DNA of 64,000 bases from Octopus vulgaris (taxonomy: Eukaryota): the NCBI GenBank assembly GCA_951406725.2, contig OX597834.1, forward strand, positions 8,742,001 to 8,806,000, read 5' to 3'. The position numbers and the translations under genes were made by a program. Numbering within the stretch: the first letter of the stretch is position 1; each line of letters opens with the position of its first letter. Shown here piece after piece: positions 25,428 to 38,130 of the stretch. The notes beneath the pieces were generated by a model. That model ran no database searches, was not told the origin of the DNA, and was given only the letters and a program-made list of their open reading frames with translations.

Positions 25428-26785
25428 TATTGCAAAACAGAAAACAACAACAACAACAACAACAAACAACAATACCAACAACAACAAAAAAGAAGAAAAT
25501 ATAATGATGGCATAAATGATAAATTGTTGCCAATAAATACATCTTCAAGAAATGTCTATATCACCTGGACAGGAAGGAAATTGCGCATCAATCTTAAGTA
25601 ACGATAGCTGTATAGAAAACCACACAATTTATATACAAGTTATTTGGTAGTTGAGGAAGATTGCAAATTTCTATATTACATACACTGTATTAGATTCATA
25701 ATATTTATCTCAGAAATAATTTATAGCTGCAGTTTCCATCCATCTTGAAAAATACTTTTTAGGATCCGATTAAGGGATGAATTTGGAAACCTAAATTAAT
25801 GACTGCACCGTGTATTTTATGAGCAAAATGCATTCAATCATGAAGAATTAGTCTACAAGCAATCTAAAACGGGCATCAATGACAAATAGTGGAGTGTATT
25901 TTGCAGTGGAGGAGGAACTGTATTGGAATTTGCTCGATGCCTTGTTAATACTGATTACCGCAAAAGTTTGATCTTTATCTAAAGATTGATGGGTAATGTC
26001 CCGTCAGTTTGCCAATATTGATGATATATCACCGGTTTTCTCATAGCTTATACATTTGGATAAATTTCTATATTGCGGGGAGTCGAGGATACGGATATTT
26101 TAAGCAAAACCAATAGCGAAGTAAGAAATACTGTAAACAAATAATATCAAATAATATATATTCAAGGAAATTTTTTTCTCCAAATGTCAGAATTTTTCTT
26201 TCAAACAAAGGCAAGTTTAGGGTGAGGGCTCAAAGTCAAATCTAAAATATTTCTAAGTTGTTGGTTCTGTGTAACGCTAACTATTTTCAATCAAAAATAA
26301 TATATATAGCAGGAAGATTCTAGTTTGATATTTAACAACTAATTTGACAAACGGACTGTCTTTCGGTCTTAATATTTAGAACCTGCGTGAAAGCATTAAC
26401 ATGCGCAATTTCGTTACACTATAATATTGGAAGACGCAAAAGCGAGCGCTCCTGAGGTTTTGTGCTTTTAGGAGAAACGTGTTTTTTTGGGGTTTTTTTT
26501 TTCTTTTTTCAACAGTAAGCTTGAAGACATGTGGATGCCAGATTTTGCGTCTAGCGAAATTACGCTCTGATTCCATAAGGATTCAAAGATTAAAGACTTC
26601 TTTGCGAAAAGGGTCAATAACATCTTTACTGGTTCAACGAAAATAGAGGTATATATTCACTTATAGGTATTGCACATCTACTACCGTGGGGGAAAAAACA
26701 TAATAAAAGAATGACTTAACCAAGGAAAAAGAGTATTATACGAACTAACTCAAATATATGAATATTATTACAATAAAAATCGGAG

Positions 26786-27366
26786 AGGCGGCGAGCTGGC
26801 AGAATCGTTAAAAAATTGGACGAAATGCTTCGCGGTATTTCGCCTGTCGCTACGTTCTGAGTTTCAATTTCGCCGATGTCGACATTACCTTTCGGTGTAG
26901 ATAAAATAAGTACCAGTAGAACAGTGAGGACGCTGTAATCTACAAATATATTATTTTAAATATTTAGGTGATATTATATTTGGTTTTGATTTTTAGAGTT
27001 GCCCTACTTCTAAATCTTTTCTGCAAAAAAATCCAAGGTTGATTTAAAATTTTGGCAAAAGACCAGAAATTTATGGGAGAGAATGAGTCGATTGCTACGA
27101 CACCGGTAATCAACTGGTACTTATTTTACCGACCCAGAAATAATGAAAGGCAAATTCGACCTCGGGGACATTTGGACTTAGAGGAGTAAGGACAGACGAA
27201 ATACCGCTAAGCATTGTGCCTTAGATACGTATGTCATATCAATTTTGATATTTCAATGTTAAAGCCAGAATGGGTAGCTTTCATATCCCCTTGGCCAGCG
27301 TTAAAATCCATCGATGATTTGGCGGCACACAACTGCATACACAAATACATTTATAAATACATATGT

Positions 27367-27424
<58 letters not shown>

Positions 27425-27590
27425 GACGGAATTCTTTCAGTGTCCGTCTACCAAATCCAGCCACAAAACTTCGGTCGGCCCGAGACTATCGTAGAAGACA
27501 CTTGCCCAAGATGCCTCCCAGTGGATCTGAACTCGAAACCATATAATTTTGGGAACCAAGCACCTCACTACACAGCCAATTCTTCGCCTG
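26786..27590. mobile_element. Cluster of degenerate SINEs: family A + (26786-26950), family A - (27060-27215), family B - 5' part (27423-27590)
   Basis: Family motifs are recognisable by comparison with intact copies in the window. Confidence 0.7.
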
Positions 27591-27634
27591 TTAAAAAATT
27601 TAGAAATCAAAGAGCCAATCCGATATATATACAT

Positions 27635-27670
<36 letters not shown>

Positions 27671-27719
27671 TTCTCTCTATATATATACATACATATATAT
27701 GCATATATATATATATGCG

Positions 27720-27750
<31 letters not shown>

Positions 27751-27816
27751 CATATATATAAATGTCTATGTATATATATATATGTATATGTATATACATA
27801 TATATAAATGTCTATG

Positions 27817-27848
<32 letters not shown>

Positions 27849-27855
27849 TAATGTC

Positions 27856-27891
<36 letters not shown>

Positions 27892-27898
27892 TATATAA

Positions 27899-27935
<37 letters not shown>

Positions 27936-28189
27936 CATGTATGTATATTTGGGTGTTTGTATTTGTGTTTGTGTATATGAGTGTGTCTGGAAGTTAAAAG
28001 CATAGGAAATATATTTGAGAAATACAGAGAATTAGATTACTGCCAAATTTATCCACATGAAAATTTACAATGTGTCTAATTGTGAGATTAAGAATTTATT
28101 AAACAGTAGCTAACAGAGCCGTTCGCTCATAAATATTCATTAGAACAACGAGAAGGTAAGACAAGTATACTATTTCAAAATATATGAGT

Positions 28190-28760
28190 ACTGGCCATAT
28201 ACGCAACCAATAGAAACATGGATATAATTCTTCAAAGTGATTTTCGGAGCAGAAAAGTTTCTTTAGCTGAAAATGAGGGAAAAAACTTTTTTCTCTTTTT
28301 GCGACTATTTAATATAAATAGCTACGCGTATACAAAAGGATCGTGAAAATATCTACTGATAAATGGATCATTTCATTAGTAAAAAGTGGTTACCATCTTT
28401 TAAAACAATGAAAATTCCTCCGGTTCGTATGATCTGTGTACAGACCATAGTTTTCTGTATGCTCAAATGATATTCCAATTAGCTTTTACACTATTGTTTG
28501 ACTAACAAAACATATGTGACAGCTCGGATGATTTCTTGTTCACAGATAAATGAATAGTGTCGACATTTATTAATTTACTGCGAATATAGAAATAAGCCAT
28601 CTAAGATTCAACATAATTTGGCCAAAGCGTATAACCCTGCTGTGAAATGTCGTTGGATTTTATTAGAATTTATGGGAAGAATCTGGATTGGGATTGTGCA
28701 ACATGGTTCAATAATAATTGGCTGACCAATAGTCACGCTTGTACGATGCTGGGTAGTATA
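28190..28760 (+). pseudogene. Possible Tc1-type transposase relic
   Basis: Remnant peptides KVIFGAEKF (cf. VIFSDEKKF) and WPK (cf. WPA.SPDLN). Heavily decayed. Confidence 0.35.
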
Positions 28761-28935
28761 CGGTTCCAATGCTCAGGGTCACCTAAGGCATTGTATTAGC
28801 GCTGATGGCACGTACAATGCCTTACTATGGAACTTATAAAATTGTTCAACGTAGGCAGGCTCGATTTCAAGATTAGACCGCATGCAGATGATAGATCTTT
28901 CACCACGATATAGTTGCACTCTAGCAAAAAGTTTG

Positions 28936-29000
<65 letters not shown>

Positions 29001-29129
29001 TATACATATATATATACATATATATACATATATATATACATATATATACATATATATATATACACATATATACATACATATAAATATATATATATATATA
29101 TATGTATATACATATATACATACATACAC

Positions 29130-29168
<39 letters not shown>

Positions 29169-29181
29169 TACATACATACAC

Positions 29182-29232
<51 letters not shown>

Positions 29233-29510
29233 CATACATATAAATAAATAAATATATACACTTATATAGTTGAAACAGTTGAAACACTCCTGTCATAACC
29301 AGGCACCTTGAAGACTGCTTTAATGCAAGAAAGTATGCTAGTCTCGTAATATTTGATATTCAATATTTCATCTATCAATAAGACAATCAATACTTGGTTT
29401 CATTTTACATTATATATACTATTTATACTATATATTCTATATTTATTCTACATTAATTTTATAAAGAATATAAATAAAACATAAAAAAACAGAGTTGGAA
29501 TTCCTTTGAA

Positions 29511-29544
<34 letters not shown>

Positions 29545-29704
29545 GTTGCATACTGTCAACTTAACGTGACATCCCTGTAAGGGAATTACACCACCGCTGT
29601 TTAGCCCTAGGAAGCATCGACGCTTCCTTTCGGCCTTGACACATTTCCTGTGTCCTTATATATTTACGAAGGGAAGACAAACACCCCCAACAGCTAGGCC
29701 TGCA

Positions 29705-29750
29705 TCTAGAGACATGCATGTTTCTGGGTCTTGTCCATCATCAGTCTAGA
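29705..29750 (-). ncRNA. Minimal type I hammerhead ribozyme
   Basis: Minus strand: TCTAGA-CTGATGA-TGGA(CAAGA)CCCA-GAA-ACATGCATGT-C|TCTAGA. All core nucleotides are canonical; predicted cleavage after C at 29711. Confidence 0.85.
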
Positions 29751-29881
29751 GTAGCAGAGGCCTGCTAGCTGAAGATATGTGTCTAGACTTCGCAAATATA
29801 TATATATTTTTTTTTCAGTGAAGTTTATTCACTGATCACCAAAATCAGAAATATTAAATTTCTAAATATCTCATAGACTAC

Positions 29882-29927
29882 TCTAGACTGACGATGGGCA
29901 AGACCCAGAAACATGCATGTCTCTAGA
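29882..29927 (+). ncRNA. Minimal type I hammerhead ribozyme
   Basis: TCTAGA-CTGACGA-TGGG(CAAGA)CCCA-GAA-ACATGCATGT-C|TCTAGA: 6-bp stem I, 4-bp stem II, palindromic stem III. Predicted cleavage after C29921. Confidence 0.9.
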
Positions 29928-30145
29928 TGCAGGCCTAGCTGTTGGGGGTGTTTTATCTCCCCTTCGTAAATATATAAGGACACAGGAACTGTGTCAAGGC
30001 CGATAGGAAATGTCGATGCTTCCTAGGGCTATATAGCGGTAGTGTAATTCCCTTACGGGACTGTCACGTTAAGTTGACAGTATACAACCACTCTATCGCT
30101 CCACCACCGTACATATCTCTATGAGATATTTAGAAATTTAATATT

Positions 30146-30196
<51 letters not shown>

Positions 30197-30374
30197 TCAA
30201 AACAAGACGCAAGAATGAATGTTAAAAGATTGCTTTCCGGGTGAATATCATCAACATTATAATCAAGCCTATATTTTTAGTGCTTCACATGTGGCCAATT
30301 TTCTATGAATAAATTATTTATTATTGTCATTTGTTATATAACATTCTAGTTACTATATTGATTTCAAATTTAGA

Positions 30375-31185
30375 CAGAAGGCCAGAAACCTCGGGGGAGA
30401 GGTGAAGTTGATCACATCGACCACACAACTGAACTGTTACTTATCGAACCCGAAAAGATAAAAGACAAAGTCGACCTCGGCGTGATTTGAACTCAGAACA
30501 TAAAGACGGACGAATTGCCGCTAAGTATTTTGCCCGGAGTCCTAATTATTCTGCCAGCTCTTCGCATGAAACGTTGATAAAATTCCGGACAAGTTCTTCT
30601 CTATCTCCCAAACAGTAGCATCATCTAACTCAAAACAATTTTTCTAATCACCACATTTAGTCATAACAATTTCATGATTGCTGCTGAAAATATTTGAAAT
30701 AATCAAAACCACTTTTATGTTACAAATGTGATCAATAAACATTTATAATTAAATTATCACTTAATCATATTTACCGATTATCAATTAATCATATTTCTTG
30801 GCACCAACGGGCACTGGTATTTGTTCAACGAATATTTCTATATGGTAATTAAACCATCCACCACCATCTACACGCTTCGAAGATAGGTACGAGGCCAGTA
30901 TTTTGGAGCGAAGAGAGAGTAGATCTTATAGCAAGCGCAACACATCTCGTATTCCATTTCAAGCTGTGTTACGTTGCAATTTAAGACGATGCGACTGGTA
31001 GAATGGTTAGCACGCCATGCAAATTGCTTAGTCGCATTGTCGTCGACTTAAAGTTCTGAGTCCAAGTTCCGCTGGGGTCGACTTTGTCTTTTTTTACTTT
31101 CGGGTTGGTTCAGGATGAACACTTTAATCGAAATAATCGACTTAGCTTCTCCCTCCTAAACTGCTGGCCTTACGCTAAAATATGA
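30375..31185. mobile_element. Two degenerate family A SINEs (30375-30565 -, 30990-31185 +)
   Basis: Motifs AAAGTCGACCTCGG..TTTGAACTCAGAAC and head GCGACTGGTAGAATGGTTAGCACGCC. Confidence 0.7.
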
Positions 31186-31209
31186 AATAAATTTTACCTT
31201 ATGAATTAT

Positions 31210-31450
31210 GGAGTTGTCCAGAAAGATCGTGCCGATTTTTAAAGGAATGAACAAGGTCAATAAATACTTGCATTATATTTTTATTCAACCATTTTGTTGC
31301 ACAATGCGTCTCCATCATTCCTTTAACTTCAAAACATAATTTTCCCAGAATTTCATGCAAAGAATTCATCAAGGTATCTTTTTACGTCACCCAACGAATT
31401 GAAATGTTTATCCGAAGGAGCAATATCTGGTGAATATGGAGGGTGGGGTT
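31210..31450 (-). pseudogene. Mariner transposase 3' fragment
   Basis: Minus strand encodes PHPPYSPDIAPSD. Ends in a TIR-like CTTTCTGGACAACTCC. Confidence 0.7.
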
Positions 31451-31831
31451 ACACATCCTAACCGAGCTGCAGTAATTTTTGTCTGGTTATCAAAGCATCA
31501 CGTGCCGAAAATGAACTATGTTATCTTCCAATTTACAGGGTTACAGAATTAACACAGGTTATAGGAACATAAACCTTCTTGCACGAAAAGATAGCTTAAA
31601 CTGTGTACTAAAAGGAGGTGCAGTAATATCATATTTTATGGACTCAACCCTGTTCTGAAATAAGTCGAAATGTAAGCTACAATAAATCGGCACGAATTTT
31701 CCGGACAACCCAATATTTAATAGATCTTGGAGCGATATAAGAAACACTGATCTATGCGGTATTGAAACTGGAAACGTGTAGATCTTGAAGACATACTGCA
31801 AAGAATTCTGGTTCAGGCAGTATTAGATAAA

Positions 31832-32395
31832 GAAATACCTATTTCTTTACTACTCATAAGGGGCTAAACACAGAGGGGACGAACACGGACAGACAAACGG
31901 TTTAAGTCGATTATATCGACCACACTGCGTAACTGGTACTTAATCTATCGACCCCGAAAGAATGAATGGCAAAGTCGACCTCGGCGGAATTTGAACTCAG
32001 AACGTAGCGCCACACGAAATACCTATTTCTTTACTGCCCACACGGGGCTACACATAGAGGAGACACACAAGAACAGACAAACGGATTAAGTCGATTATAT
32101 TGACTCCAGTGCGTAACTGGTACTTATTTATAAACCCCGATAGGATGAAAGGCAGACGAAATACATATTTCTTTACTACCCACAAGGGGCTAAATAGAGA
32201 GAGGACGAACACGGACAAACAGACGGATTAAGTCGATTATATCGACCCCAGTGCTAACTGGTACTTATTTAAATGACCGCGAAAGGATGAATGACAAAGT
32301 CGACCTCGGCAGAATTTGAACTCAGAATGTAGCAGCAGACAAAATACCGCTAAGCATTTCGCCCGGCGTGCTAACGATTCTGCCAACTCGCCGCC
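31832..32395 (-). mobile_element. SINE family A multimer (3 units, one internally deleted)
   Basis: Head at 32395; the same fixed junction as the other multimers. Confidence 0.88.
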
Positions 32396-32428
32396 TCATT
32401 GATAATGATGATAATGATGATGATCCTC

Positions 32429-32480
<52 letters not shown>

Positions 32481-32483
<3 letters not shown>

Positions 32484-32801
32484 TAGCAAAAGGGGCTGAT
32501 TGCTACCTAATTCAGATACCAGGAAACCCCAAAATGGCAGAAATTTAAAAAAGATAGTGCTCATTGGAACTGCTCATATCCTACGCAAAATACTCTCTAT
32601 GTAATCCCAAAGTTTAAAACATACTTTTTTTTTTAATCTATGTATTAGACATTCACTAGTACAACACAAAAAAAACCCCTGCCAAATATATGGAACACTA
32701 GGCATAACAACAACGTGAACTTCCAACCTGTTGTCTCTTGAGGTTTCTGGGTGAGAATTGGAGCCAACTTGTACAGACATAAAGCAAAAGTCAAACATAG
32801 A
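32481..32801 (+). mobile_element. Short 3' fragment of the Dong-type LINE within (TAA)n
   Basis: Clearly homologous to 6222-6567, with the same 3' terminus ...GTCAAACATAGA. (AAT)n on both flanks. Confidence 0.9.
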
Positions 32802-32852
32802 ATAATAATAATAATAATAGTAATAGTAATAATAATAATAATAATAATATTA

Positions 32853-32900
<48 letters not shown>

Positions 32901-32945
32901 GTAATAATAATAATAACAATAACAATAATAATAATAATAATAATC

Positions 32946-32976
<31 letters not shown>

Positions 32977-33533
32977 GCAAGTAACTTCCAACGCTAATAA
33001 TTTATTTCATTCTACTTCACCAAAGTATCAGGAAAAGTTCTTTTAAGGACCCAAAGGAAACACCAGACATAAAAATATTCTGATAGAAACGCATTCTATC
33101 TCTCACACACACTCACACACACACACACGCTGTGCTACACTGAAAATTTTATGGAGAAAATCACATTACCTTCATCAAGATGTTGATGCCAACGGCTTTT
33201 GTGTAAACAACGTGTGTTCCCTGACACAAATTTGCTTGTGTCGTATGAATATAGATTCGTCACATGGTGATCGCAGGACAAACTTTTGCGGGCGTAAAAT
33301 TAAATTTTGTAACTTCACAGTTATAATCACGATACGAAGAAATACGTTGTTAGACGGCATCCGTTTAGAATAGCGAAGAATCTTTTAACTAAATGTTTCC
33401 TCACATCATGCACAATCGATGCTAGCATTTCATTATATTTATGCCTGGAGAAAAATAGTCACAAGAATGCGCTAATACAAGAAATACCGGCGCAGATTGT
33501 GATGTGTATATTCTCATGTGTTATTATGACATA

Positions 33534-33931
33534 CTAGCAGTATCGCCCGGCGTTGCTCGGGTTTGTAAGGGAAATAACTATATAAGCATTTTTAGAGAGT
33601 TATAGCCAAAAACAGCAAAAAAAAATGCATTAAAAATGGAAAAAAATGATGGTAATTTTTTTTTAAATCGCTGATTCATCGTAGACATTTTTAGAGAGAT
33701 ACTTCCCTTATATAATAGCGAAAAAATGCATTAAAATGGAAAACAATCATGGTAATTTTTTTTTTAAATGGTAGACTCATCGTAGATGCGGGCTAATACC
33801 CAGAAGGGACTCGATATGAATCACGACTATAAGATACCCGGTTTTAGTTAAACTGCACCGCAAAATGTGGGAGTAGTTAGGAATCTAAATCGTAGGAGAC
33901 AGACACGCAACTTCACTTTTATATATAAAGA
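33534..33931 (-). mobile_element. Non-autonomous Helitron
   Basis: TC start, hairpin + CTAG end, A|T insertion; same family as the 24950 copy. Confidence 0.85.
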
Positions 33932-34300
33932 TATAAATACTCACACACATACATAGGAGGAGGTACGTGTACATAAATCTGAGGGTCAAAGACAGACACA
34001 ATAGTGTGTGTGTACGTATGTAGGTGTTTTGCGTGAGTATATGTGTGCGTTGAGCGGCAATGTTCATGTGTATGTGTTCAGGGGTGCGTTATGCTTAATC
34101 AGAAAATCTTAAATAGATTTACATATTATAAACCACACCGTTTGAAACAAGAATGTAAACGTATTCTTTCCACAGTAGTTATCTGGAGCAAAAGCAGGAT
34201 TTCACAGATTCTCTGCAGCAACACAGTGAATATGTACATATGTTCACGATCATTCTCCATCATGTACATACACACACACCATATATATATATATATATAT

Positions 34301-34770
34301 AGTGGTGACTGCCCCCTCGTTATCGAGTATATGAGTCAATCCCACTGAGTCAATCCCACTCACTAAGCATCAGCAGCCATAATCCGAAAAGAAGAACAAG
34401 TCAACATCATCGGTAACCACTGAGCCGCAGGTTTTATGTCAGGGTTATCCCAGTTACCTGAATTACCTTCTCCTAGAAGGATGCCCTAACAAAGGCTAGG
34501 AGTCCTTCACTCCCACTGGTTTAACCGCATGATCGGGTATTCAGTCCGATTATTTCTATGTCCCCGCGCATGATACAGCCTTAAGACATTTATTGGTTGG
34601 CCGTTGATTCTCAAGAGTTCCTCCGCCCTTTGACGGGTATTGTTTTTCATCCCGCAGGGTGTCCAATAAGCACCCTCCTCACCAAGCAAGCTTGGTGGGG
34701 TTGTAGGTTTAGTCGCCGACGACCCGACCATGCAACAGGTTGTACTGGTTTACATGTTACCAGTAGGACA
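34301..34770 (-). mobile_element. Probable internally deleted (bipartite) RTE-type element: 5'UTR joined to 3' end
   Basis: GC-rich, hairpin-rich segment between TA tracts with CTAGGAGAAGG, a motif recalled from RTE 5'UTRs. A 15-bp direct duplication AGTGGGATTGACTCA lies near the 3' end; no ORF. Confidence 0.4.
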
Positions 34771-34789
34771 TATATGTACATAACTACAT

Positions 34790-36975
34790 ATATATATGTA
34801 TATGTACACGATTATATGGGTACAGGACATCATAAAAACAAAAACATAGAAACGAAATTTTTTCGAACAAGGAGAAAAATAACAAACAGAGAAACGAGAT
34901 ATATAACATAACAAATATTCCCCTTCTTCAGTTGTCCTTGTTTCAACTACTCCACGTTCGAAGGCAAGGACAAGACGCGACTTCGTTGAAACAATCTTTC
35001 CTGTAAATCAAATTTAAAAAAATTCGGGAGTTTTTGCGGAGGGTAAAAGTGGTAACAAAAACAGGACAATGAGGACAAAACAGTAAAAAAACTAAAAAGT
35101 AAAAACAATAAAAGACAGAACAATGAGACCAAAACGGTAAAAACAAATGGTGAGGGCTGTTAAGCCAAGGCGATGAAAACATTATTGAGAATGTTTGCGA
35201 AGACGAGCTTATGAAGAGACAGGATAAGCACGTTTATTATTTACGAAGATAGTAGTCAAAAGGACAGATTCCCTCTCGTCACATGTCAGCGACGAGAGAG
35301 TCGAGGAAGAAAGAATGAGACAGGGGGAACGGTGAAGGGGATATTTATAGTTCATAGATGAGGTGCAAATTTTCTGTGTATAGAATACACTAAGTAGTGT
35401 AAATGAGATTTAAACATGTGCGGGTACAGCAGTAAATGTAGGGAGAAGCAAATTATATCATTATATAAAGAAATACAAGAAATACAAAAAATGTATATAT
35501 GTATTAATCATTTACTGTTTTACTTGTTTCAGTCATTTGACTGTATCAATGCTGGAGCACCACCTTTAGTCGAGCAAATCGACCCCAGGACTTATTCTTT
35601 GTAAGCCCAGTACTTATTCTATCGGTCTCTTTTGCCGAACCACTAAGTGACAGAGACATAACACACCAGCATCGATTGTCAAGCGATGTTGGGGGGAGGG
35701 GCAAAAACAGGCACACAAACATATACACATACACATAAATATATGTATGTGCATATATACGACGGGCTTCTTTCAGTTTCCGTCTATCAAATCCATTCAC
35801 AAGGCTTTGTTCGGCCCAAGGCTATAGTAGAATACACTTGCCCAAGCTGCCACGAAGTGGGACTGAACCCGGAACCATGTGGTTGGTAAGCAAGCTACTT
35901 ACCACACAGCCACTTCTACGCCTATACGTATAAAGTGTCTAACATACATACAGTACAAATGATGCAGAGTATTAAAAGGGTGAAAGAAAAGTCTGCCAAG
36001 TGCAACAGCTGTTTCTGTGGCCTCGATGGTGCATAACGATCTTTGTAGATTGGTTCTGTCACAGGATGTGACAAATCTCCGACTACAGAAAACAGATCTT
36101 GCATTTGAGATGTTAAAAGTGTAAAGAAGGATTGAATGCGAAGAGCTAAGTGTATTAGAGGGGAGACTGGGTGTGGGGAATTGAGATAAGGAAAAGTGAG
36201 AGGAGAAAAGGTAGTTCATGAGTAAAGGATTAATATAATATAATAAAACATAATATAATATAATATAAATATATATAAATATAAATATATATATAAATAT
36301 GAATATATATATATATATACACATATACATATCTATATATAAATGGCGGTGCCCCAGCATGGCCACAGCTCGTGAGCTGAAACTATATATGAATATATAT
36401 ATACATATATAAATGGTGGTGCCCCAACATGGCCACAGCTCGTGAGCTGAAACTAGATAAAAAAAATATGCTACTCCTCCTCCCTCCCGTCGATGACCCG
36501 CGACGAGAGCTCTGCTACTGCCTTTCTAATCTGGCTTCCTTCAAGTACGGACGGCATTTTCTGTTGCTCCTTCGCCGTTCTCAAAAATAGCGTTCGTAAT
36601 ACTTTATCTCGTTCGGCTTAACAGCCCTTCTTGTCTTGTTATTCTCCTTGTCCTGTCTTTTACTGTTTATGTTTTGTACTGTCGTTACTGTCCTGTTTTT
36701 GTTACCATTTTTACCTCTCCGCAAAATGATCTAAATTTTTTTTTAATTTGCTTTTCGCGGGAAGGAAAGTTTCTTTCGAAGATGCGTATCGCCTTCACTT
36801 TGGAAACGCAGAGTAGATGAAACCATGGCGACTGAAAAAGGGGAATTTTCCTTGTGTTGTTTATACTGTACTCTATTCTTCGATGTTTAAGAAAAATGTC
36901 CAGTTCCTTGGTTTTTTGTTTATATTTTCGTTTCTCATTGTGTTCGACGTTTTTTTGGTGCCCTGTACCCATATA
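34790..36975. repeat. Two diverged copies of an unclassified interspersed repeat in opposite orientation (34790-35320 and 36480-36975)
   Basis: Shared motifs GGCTTAACAGCCC, GTCCTGTTTTTGTTACCA, CTGAA(G/A)AAGGGGAAT and terminal TGTACCCATATA. Confidence 0.65.
35513..35917 (-). mobile_element. SINE family B (CORE-like)
   Basis: Full-length homology to the other family B copies. Confidence 0.9.
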
Positions 36976-37045
36976 TGCATGTATATATACATGTAGAGGT
37001 AGGTACGTACATATATGTATGTATATATGTTTATGTATTAATTTC

Positions 37046-37193
<148 letters not shown>

Positions 37194-38130
37194 CAAATGT
37201 ACCTTCTTAGCTGGATTCCATATCAAAAAGCTTTTTGCGACCACATGCAGTTTTTAACGTAAAGGAATAAGTTGATAAGAACAAATGGAACTCTGAAGTT
37301 TACGAGACAGAGAGAGAAAGCCATTGTTTTTCCTATTAGGAAAAACGTTATGTTTAGTTTATCTATCGCAGGTTCACGTCAAAATTTAAAAAAAAGTTTT
37401 ATACTTTTGGAAAAACTAAAACTAGAAGAAAACTAATCACACTTAATGGAAAGATGAAAAAAATTGTTATTTTGGATCATAGTGGAAACACACATATGTG
37501 AGATATGAAACTATTGTAGGAAAAAAGAAAAAAAATAGAAAACTTTTTCCTAGAAATAAAACTATATATCATATGATTGGATTGCATGAGAAGTGTGTCG
37601 ACAAGAACTACCATGATTGGAACACAAGCAGGAAAAAAATATTGGCAGGGAATCTAACAAAGAAATGGATTAAGACAAACAAAATGATGCTTTTCACAAT
37701 ATTGGAAATAACCCTCAAGCACCTTATATAATTTGCTTTTCTTGGTGTTTGTGTTGTGGGAATTTTTGCTTACATGTGCAAAACTACTGCATCGGTTGTC
37801 GCTTATCTTCCAATCTCAGTTTAAATAATTTCAACCGTGACTATCACGTCTCATTTTCCTTCCCAATTGTCGGACTCTATCACGAACCACAAGCTCTCCA
37901 CACGTTGCTTTCCTTTTCTTATTGTTCACGATGGCTTTATGGGAGCATAGCATCACAGCTTTTACATCTCAAACGAAAATGTCGAGACGCTCGTTGTTTC
38001 GTGTTTAAGCGCCAAACTTAGTGTCGAAGCTTTCATTCGAAATTCGCTTATGTCAAAAGTATAAGAGAATATTACGTTTATATATTTGTTGTGCAAGATT
38101 TTTTATGTGAAGTCCTGTGTTGAAACAGAC

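Larger units (their letters stand above)
29541..30150. mobile_element. Inverted/partial-tandem arrangement of a ~350-nt non-coding HHR-bearing element (Penelope-like pLTR or retrozyme-like)
   Basis: Arms 29541-29754 and 29878-30091 are reverse complements (about 90% by eye). 29845-29877 is the reverse complement of 30119-30150. Both ends abut (TA)n. Confidence 0.85.

Noticed and set aside
26516-26648. Strong plus-strand acceptor and possible donor (candidate exon)
   Set aside because: All three frames contain a stop before the donor.
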